Assembly (NCBI GenBank): GCA_028716045.1
Contig: JAQUQO010000001.1
Coordinates: forward strand, 798,343-862,342
Origin: Patescibacteria group bacterium
GTDB taxonomy: Bacteria; Patescibacteriota; Patescibacteriia; JAQUQO01
Length of the DNA stretch: 64,000 bases
Reading direction: 5' to 3'
Shown: one piece after another, positions 58,198 to 64,000 of the stretch
Layout: every line of letters begins with the position of its first letter
Numbering within the stretch: position 1 is the stretch's first letter
Program-made: the position numbers and the translations under genes
The notes under the pieces: model-generated
The model's database searches: none
Seen by the model: only the letters and a program-made list of their open reading frames with translations
What the model was told of the DNA's origin: nothing

Positions 58198-59343
58198 CTA
58201 TTGTAAATTTTTTAATATTTCTTCCCCGCATTTTCCCCACGAGTATCTTTTTACCAATTCTCGCCCCCGTTCTATTAATTTATTTTTTAGCCCCTCATCA
58301 GTTAAGATTTGTTCCATGGCTCCAGCGATTTCGTTGGTATTATAAGGGTCAACGAGAAGAGCGGCGTCACCTAAAATTTCCCCAACCGAAGAGCCCAGAG
58401 AAGCAACTACCGGCGTGCCGGCGGCCATGGCCTCCAGCGGAGGGAAACCGAAGCCTTCATAAAAACTGGGGAAAATAAAAAGTTCCGCGGCGGCATAGAA
58501 TGTCGGTTTATCATCTTCGGCTACGTAATTGATAAACCGGATTTTATCCGCCACCGGACTTTGCTTAGCCGCCCGATAAATATCTTCGTAGAGCCAACCG
58601 CGGGGACCGGCGAGAATTAACTGGCAACCGGCAACTGGCAACCGGCAATTGATTAATTTTTCAAAGGCCGTAATGATGCCAATAATGTTTTTTCTCGGTT
58701 CCAAGGTTCCGAGATATAAAATGAATTTATCAGGCAAATTATACTTTGTTTTTATCGTTTCAAGTTTCAAGTTGTGAGTTTCAAGCTGCGAGTTTGTCCC
58801 GGGATAAACAACCGTGACTTTTTCTTCGGATAAACCCAGAGTTTTTATCAAATCGTTTTTAGTATTTTCCGAAACGGCAATCAGCCGGTCGAAAGTTCGG
58901 CAGAGTTTAGGGGTATTTATTAATTTATGCCACAGTCGGCGTTTTAGAGAAAAAAAATCCGGATAAAGCAAGGGCGACAGGTCGTGGACCGTGAGAATTT
59001 TTTTAATATTTTTAGATAGAGCGATAAATTGCCAGTTGGGCATCCAAAAAACATCCGCTTTGATATGAAATTTTTTGCCGACCATTTTGTCCACCTTCGG
59101 CCAGCCTAAAAATCTCATGGTCAGGTTCAGAATTTTATTGGGGTAACGAAAGCCGCAATAAAAAACATCGGAGCGATTGAATTTCGGCAAATCGGCGGGG
59201 GATTTAAAAGAATTATAAAAAAGAAAGTATTTATTTTTTTGGTCGCGCTCCAAGACGCTGCGTAAAGTGTTTTCCGTATAAACGGAAACGCCGGTGCGGT
59301 GGCGTTCCATCAATGGCCTGATATCCACGATTACATTTGCCAT
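58198..59343 (-). CDS. GT4-family glycosyltransferase.
   Basis: 'EGFGFPPLEAMAAGTPVV' is present. Confidence 0.8.
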   Translation of the reverse strand: MANVIVDIRPLMERHRTGVSVYTENTLRSVLERDQKNKYFLFYNSFKSPADLPKFNRSDVFYCGFRYPNKILNLTMRFLGWPKVDKMVGKKFHIKADVFWMPNWQFIALSKNIKKILTVHDLSPLLYPDFFSLKRRLWHKLINTPKLCRTFDRLIAVSENTKNDLIKTLGLSEEKVTVVYPGTNSQLETHNLKLETIKTKYNLPDKFILYLGTLEPRKNIIGIITAFEKLINCRLPVAGCQLILAGPRGWLYEDIYRAAKQSPVADKIRFINYVAEDDKPTFYAAAELFIFPSFYEGFGFPPLEAMAAGTPVVASLGSSVGEILGDAALLVDPYNTNEIAGAMEQILTDEGLKNKLIERGRELVKRYSWGKCGEEILKNLQ

Positions 59344-59927
59344 AGTGAGCGATAATTTAAAAAGTGAGCGATAAAAACCCCCGTCCCCAGACCGAAAAAT
59401 AATCCGATAAGAATAGCGGCTGATATTTTTCTCTCTATTGGAACAATGGTTAATTCTCCGGCCGAGACGTTGAATGATTTTGCTTCGGGCAAACCGGACA
59501 TTTTTCCCGTTAGGGTTGTTTTTAAGCTGTCGCCGAGTTTGCGGAGCGTTGTTTCATTCGTCCCGGAAAATTTTATCACAATATTTTGCGGGGCATATCT
59601 TCTGGCGCGGAACATTTTTATTAAGACCGTTGAATTTTGGGGAGTGGCAATTCCTGCCCGTTGATAAATGTCCTCTACAATCTCGGGCGTGATAGTCAAA
59701 CTCATCAGGGTGTCGCCGAGGAGTTCGGCCGATTTACTTTCATCATAAGCGTCGTGCGGAGCTTCAACATTTTGATTTTTGGAAGTAATAAAAAAAGCCA
59801 GGGAGGCCTCTTGCTTCTCGGCTGGCAAATAAGCGACAAAAAAACCGGCGAGCATTCCCAAAATAGCGCCGGCAACAATTATCCACAAATGGCTTTTGAT
59901 AATTTGCCAATGGGCCCGGAGTTCCAT
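59331..59927 (-). CDS. Wzz/CpsC-like polysaccharide chain-length determinant.
   Basis: It has an N-terminal TM, a periplasmic loop and a C-terminal TM, with a 'PEAK' -like Wzz layout. Confidence 0.45.
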   Translation of the reverse strand: MELRAHWQIIKSHLWIIVAGAILGMLAGFFVAYLPAEKQEASLAFFITSKNQNVEAPHDAYDESKSAELLGDTLMSLTITPEIVEDIYQRAGIATPQNSTVLIKMFRARRYAPQNIVIKFSGTNETTLRKLGDSLKTTLTGKMSGLPEAKSFNVSAGELTIVPIERKISAAILIGLFFGLGTGVFIAHFLNYRSLWQM

Positions 59928-59931
59928 AAAA

Positions 59932-61035
59932 TTAAATTATTTTTTGTTCCAAAGATGACTGAACAAAATTTCTGATTTTAGTTTTAAAATTTTCCGTGTC
60001 AAATTGTTCGGCGTATTTTTTGATTTGTTCCGGATTATATTTTTCCGGCTGGAAGCGGATGATTTTATCTCCGAGTTCTTCCCAGATTTGTTCGTCAAAA
60101 AATTCTCCGCTCAATCCCGGGACCACGGTTTCCAGCGCTCCGCCAGCCTTGTAGGCGATTACCGGCCGGCCGGAAGCCATGGCCTCCACCGCCGTGATGC
60201 CGAAATCTTCTTCCTGTGGGTGGAGATAAGCCAGACATTGGGAGTAAAGCTCGCGAAGCTCATCAAAAGAAACCGCGCCCAAAAATTTTATATTGGGTTT
60301 GGCGCGTTCCTTTAATTTCTCAAAATCGCGTCCCTCGCCGAAAATTTTTAAAGGAAGTCCGAGGCGATTGAAGGCCTCAATAATAACATCAAAACGTTTG
60401 TAGGGGACAAGGCGCCCGCCGGCCAGATAATAATTGCCGATATTTTTAGAAATGTAGAATTTTTTTGTTTCCACCGGAGGATGGATGACCTCGCTGGGTT
60501 TATTGTAGTATTTTTGGATTCGTTGTCGGACAGTCTCCGAATTGGCGATAAATTTATCCACGCGGTCGGCCGCTAATCTGTCCCAGGACCGCAGCCGATT
60601 TAAAACTATGGGCATGGCTTTTTTGACGAGCCGATTATAAGAAAGTTCCTCTATATATTTATGAGTGTCACTCCAGAGGTAGCGCGTGGGAGTATGGCAA
60701 TAGCAGACGTGGAGAGTGCGCGGTTGGGTAATGACGCCCTTGGCCAAAGCCGAGGAGCTGGAAAGCACTACGTCGTAGTCGGCTAAATTGTAGCTTTCGG
60801 TGGCGGCAGGCATCAGCGGCAGCAGCCATTGGTATTTGGTTTTAGCGCCGGGGATATTTTGCAAAAAAGAAGTCCGGATATCTTTGGCGGCAAAATCCTG
60901 GCCCACGGTTTTGGGGTTGTAAATTAAAGTAAAAATCGGCGCCGCGGGAAAAATTTCATGCAATACCCGTAGCACTTTTTCCGCCCCGCCCTCTTGAGTT
61001 AGGTGATCGTGGACCAACGCTATTTTTAAAGCCAT
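59932..61035 (-). CDS. GT4-family glycosyltransferase.
   Basis: 'EDFGITAVEAMASGRPVIA' is present. Confidence 0.8.
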   Translation of the reverse strand: MALKIALVHDHLTQEGGAEKVLRVLHEIFPAAPIFTLIYNPKTVGQDFAAKDIRTSFLQNIPGAKTKYQWLLPLMPAATESYNLADYDVVLSSSSALAKGVITQPRTLHVCYCHTPTRYLWSDTHKYIEELSYNRLVKKAMPIVLNRLRSWDRLAADRVDKFIANSETVRQRIQKYYNKPSEVIHPPVETKKFYISKNIGNYYLAGGRLVPYKRFDVIIEAFNRLGLPLKIFGEGRDFEKLKERAKPNIKFLGAVSFDELRELYSQCLAYLHPQEEDFGITAVEAMASGRPVIAYKAGGALETVVPGLSGEFFDEQIWEELGDKIIRFQPEKYNPEQIKKYAEQFDTENFKTKIRNFVQSSLEQKII

Positions 61036-61094
61036 AATTGAAGAGTGTGTAGTTTGATATAGTATAACATTATTAGAGTTTAGTCAAAAATAAA

Positions 61095-61123
61095 AAACCG
61101 TCTCGAGTGTTCGGGACGGTTTA
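61095..61123 (-). terminator. Intrinsic terminator (TCTCGA/TCGGGA family variant).
   Basis: aaaaccgtctcgagtgttcgggacggttt. Confidence 0.45.
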
Positions 61124-61141
61124 AATTGTGGATTTTGTTTT

Positions 61142-61510
61142 TTATTGAGTTCGAAATCCGAGGCGTTTAACCAGGGAGATAATCATTTGTTTCATTTCCG
61201 GAGGAGCGACAAATTGTTCAAGAAAAATTATTTCCCCGGAATATCTCACCAGATAACGATGATAACCTCCCCAACCGTAGATAGCATTTTCTTTATTCAC
61301 CGAAATTCCCCCGTATTTGTCAGCAACATTTTTTAGTTCAGGATTTTGAGCGACAACTTCTTCCCACCTCTTTTTGAAAGCGGAGAAAGAACAATCGCCC
61401 AAAGCTTCTTGAATTCCGGGAGTCCCATATTCCGCACCTTCAACTTGGCACATTTTAGAAAGAGCGTTGGGTTCAAAAATAAATACCGGCATTTTATTAG
61501 ATCCCTCCAT
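61142..61510 (-). CDS. Hypothetical protein.
   Basis: A 122-aa ORF with no recognisable domain. Confidence 0.35.
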   Translation of the reverse strand: MEGSNKMPVFIFEPNALSKMCQVEGAEYGTPGIQEALGDCSFSAFKKRWEEVVAQNPELKNVADKYGGISVNKENAIYGWGGYHRYLVRYSGEIIFLEQFVAPPEMKQMIISLVKRLGFRTQ

Positions 61511-61611
61511 TTAGTTTTGGTTGTAAACTATACAAGTTTATATATTATTCTAAGTTAGAAGATTTGTCAAGATTAAATATATTTTACGGTTTTGTTTACT
61601 GTTTAGTCAAA

Positions 61612-61645
61612 AATAAAAAACCGCCGGATTGAGTGGCGGTTTTGA
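61612..61645. terminator. Bidirectional intrinsic terminator.
   Basis: aaaaaccgcc-ggattgagt-ggcggttttga. Confidence 0.5.
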
Positions 61646-61666
61646 GTTCAGATTTGGAGGTATTTT

Positions 61667-61849
61667 TTATTCCCCCTCATCTTCCCCCTCGTGTTGGGAG
61701 TCGGAAGTTTCGTTTTTTTCCGATTCCGGGCAAAACGGATCAAACGGTCCGCAGGCGTCTCTATTGGCTCGGCGGAGGCGTTCTCTGAGCTTCTTTGCCT
61801 CCTCTTGCGCTTCTTCAAAACTTTGTTCGCTCGGTAATTTTTTTGGCAT
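61667..61849 (-). CDS. Small acidic hypothetical protein.
   Basis: A 60-aa ORF with an RRANRDACGPFDPFCPE segment. Confidence 0.3.
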   Translation of the reverse strand: MPKKLPSEQSFEEAQEEAKKLRERLRRANRDACGPFDPFCPESEKNETSDSQHEGEDEGE

Positions 61850-61961
61850 TTTTTACCTATCTGTTAAATGTTCGTGAAAATAACAACTTTTAAAATTAAC
61901 ATTATATAATAACACAAATTACAAATTTTGTCAAGCCCCCGAGATGAACCCGCGCCAGGCC

Positions 61962-63365
61962 TTACGCCGCACCCCTTTTTTTAGTCACCGCCAGGGGAGT
62001 TTTGAGCAAAATAATTATATCCAAAATTAAAGACCATTCTTCTATATATAAAGTATCTAAACGAACCTCATCTTCAAAACTTAAATCGCTGCGGCCGCTC
62101 ACTTGAGCCATACCGGTCATACCCGGTTTTATATCCAAGACCCTTTTATGACCTTTTTGATATTTAGCCACTTCTTCAATCTCGTGGGGTCGCGGCCCGA
62201 CCAGACTCATCCGGCCGATAAAGACATTAAAAAGTTCGGCCAGCTCATCTAAACTCCAGCGGCGGATAAATCTGCCGACGCGAGTAATGCGCGGGTCATT
62301 TTTAAATTTTTTAAGCGGCGTGCCGGCCCGGACATCTTGGTATTTTTCTTTAAATTCTTCGCTATAACGCATCCAATGAGTGCCGTGTTTCATGGAGCGG
62401 AATTTGAAATATTTAAAAGACCGGCCTTTTTCTCCGACTCTTTCATAGGAAAAAAATATCGGACCGGGAGAATCTAATTTAATAGCAATGGCCATGAGAA
62501 GCATCAGGGGAGAAAGAATTATAATCAGCGCTCCGGAAATTATAATGTCAAAAATTCTTTTTATTATTTTCCCCCAGCCGTCCAGCGGCGTCTTTTTCAG
62601 CTCAATCACCGGAATGCCGGCAATGGGCGCTACTTCAATGTTGGTGGCTTGAGTTTTGTGGATATCGGCGGCATAGCGAAAAGCGTAATGGTGTTCATTG
62701 GCGTAATCAATAAGAGCCCAGTTTTCTTCTTGGGGCAGATTGGGGTCGGCTTGAATTATTTCATCAATGCCGAATTTTTCAGCGATTTTTTCCATCTGTT
62801 TTTGCGAGGCCTCCTCAAAATTTTTTAAATGTTCCACCACGCGGAATCCTAATTTTTTATTCTGATATAACTCCCCGGCGATGATATCAGAGGTGGCATC
62901 GCCGCCGACAATGACCACCCGATGGACTCCGTAGCCCCTTTTAAAAAATTGCTGCTGAATGATTTTTATAATTATTCTTCCCGCCCCCACAAAAAGTATT
63001 CCGAGCACCCAAGTGGCGATAATAATAAAGCGCGAAGAAAAAAGTTCGCGTTTAAAGAAGAAAGCTAAAATAATAATGAGCACCGCCGTGGAAGAAGCCA
63101 GGAATAATTTACTTAATTCTTGCCTGAATTTTCTGGTGGCGGTCATGGCATAGAGGCCAGCCACGGCAAAACAAATAATCCAGATGATGCCGATGACCAA
63201 AGCGATATTTAAAAAATTTAAAAAAGGCAATTCATAAATTACCGGCCTTAGTTCGCTGACCGTTTCTCCAAAGCGCAGATGATAAGCGGCGAGCGCCGCC
63301 AAAATTATCATTAAATAATCCAGGGGGACTAAGGCAATAGAAAATAAAACTTCAGACCTTTTCAT
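61962..63365 (-). CDS. Polyprenyl-phosphate sugar phosphotransferase (WbaP/bacterial sugar transferase family).
   Basis: 'FKFRSM...PRITRVGRFIRRWSLDELAELFNVFIGRMSLVGPRP' is present. Confidence 0.85.
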   Translation of the reverse strand: MKRSEVLFSIALVPLDYLMIILAALAAYHLRFGETVSELRPVIYELPFLNFLNIALVIGIIWIICFAVAGLYAMTATRKFRQELSKLFLASSTAVLIIILAFFFKRELFSSRFIIIATWVLGILFVGAGRIIIKIIQQQFFKRGYGVHRVVIVGGDATSDIIAGELYQNKKLGFRVVEHLKNFEEASQKQMEKIAEKFGIDEIIQADPNLPQEENWALIDYANEHHYAFRYAADIHKTQATNIEVAPIAGIPVIELKKTPLDGWGKIIKRIFDIIISGALIIILSPLMLLMAIAIKLDSPGPIFFSYERVGEKGRSFKYFKFRSMKHGTHWMRYSEEFKEKYQDVRAGTPLKKFKNDPRITRVGRFIRRWSLDELAELFNVFIGRMSLVGPRPHEIEEVAKYQKGHKRVLDIKPGMTGMAQVSGRSDLSFEDEVRLDTLYIEEWSLILDIIILLKTPLAVTKKRGAA

Positions 63366-63455
63366 AAGATACGATTTACAAAATTAAGTGGCGGTTATAT
63401 GTAAATTATTTATATTATATCACAAATCCCGGGCTTTAACCCGGGATTTGTGTCG

Positions 63456-63968
63456 ATTGTAAGCAATCCTGTAAGCCGAATTTTGTACCGATTTTGTTGT
63501 TTTCGCAGACAAAATCAGCGATAATCATCTATCTGGTTCCGATATTGCTATCGGAATCAAGCGAGCTACTTTTAATCCTGCCGCTCACAGGCGACGGGAC
63601 TTTGCTCTTGCGCCGGACAGGGTTTGCCGCTGCACCTTGTCACCAAGGGCAGAATAGAGTGGCCTGACGACCTCTCTATACTTTTCACCTTTGTCCTGTC
63701 ACTCGTGAGTGACGGGATAGTATTGTCTCTGTGGCACTTTCCCTGGGCTTAGGAAACAACGCAAACATCTCGAGAATGTTTAGGTTATTTCTTGCTCCCG
63801 GTTGCCGTTAGCAACTGTCCTTTTGACGGCGTTCGGACTTTCCTCCCCCACGCCCTTCAGCTTTTAGTTATATAATTTATTACTTGTATTTTACTTTTTA
63901 AGACATAAAGATTTACATCTAGCTGCAAAAGCTGAAAGGTGTGGGGGCGATTATCCGGATTACTTATA
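63456..63968 (-). ncRNA. rnpB: RNase P RNA (bacterial type, with an AT-rich insertion in the P3 region).
   Basis: The reverse complement has the P4 5-prime strand GGGGGAGGAAAGTCCGAAC and the P4 3-prime strand ACAAAATTCGGCTTACAGG. AAGCCGAA and TTCGGCTT pair exactly around a bulged U. P1 pairs TAAGTAATCCGG with CAGGATTGCTTAC. A GGTGAAAAG (P10-12-like) element is present. The region is GC-rich and free of ORFs. Confidence 0.8.
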
Positions 63969-64000
63969 AAAGAGCCAATTAATGGCTCCTTTATAATAGC

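Overview
This window is a low-GC bacterial segment with small, tightly packed genes. LTD/PKD giant surface proteins, DUF4012, a FemAB gene, a type-2 IleRS and a 23S-5S rRNA unit not linked to 16S point to a Patescibacteria/CPR-like genome; that lineage assignment is inference. The core content includes a pentose-phosphate cluster (rpiB, rpe, split tktA/tktB, PfkB kinase, 2-hydroxyacid dehydrogenase), the origin-proximal block rnpA-yidD-rpmH on one strand facing dnaA-dnaN on the other, a PBP1A, polA, holA, a purC-like gene, ileS, ruvA and a FemAB homologue. RNA genes are 23S plus 5S rRNA with no 16S in the window, tRNA-Cys, tRNA-Leu, tRNA-Ala, and an RNase P RNA on the minus strand at the far end. 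A glycosyltransferase/EPS locus occupies roughly 55.7-63.4 kb. The most unusual region is an accessory island of about 7.5 kb (roughly 29.9-37.4 kb) lying between the 5S rRNA and a divergently oriented XerC/D-like tyrosine recombinase. Every gene in it is on the minus strand, and the island carries a related 55-80 nt direct repeat in five copies: three full copies lie in the intergenic gaps between genes and two truncated copies lie at the 31827-31911 gap and next to the recombinase. Its cargo is a 1006-aa fusion of an N-terminal caspase-like (His-Cys) protease domain to a Ski2/Hel308-type SF2 helicase, a class-II Fic AMPylase with its own promoter, a minimal CCA/polyA-polymerase-head nucleotidyltransferase, an HD hydrolase and small membrane proteins. 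I read this as a recombinase-associated gene-cassette array carrying a candidate novel protease-helicase defence or abortive-infection effector. Also notable is a genome-specific hairpin family (TCCCGA-NNNN-TCGGGA) with six exact-stem copies plus one variant, used as terminators; one copy interrupts a tRNA-Cys 5-prime fragment. The window also holds a possible RelA/SpoT-like nucleotidyltransferase domain in an orphan 402-aa protein and a tiny Lys/Arg-rich protein gene missed by the ORF track.
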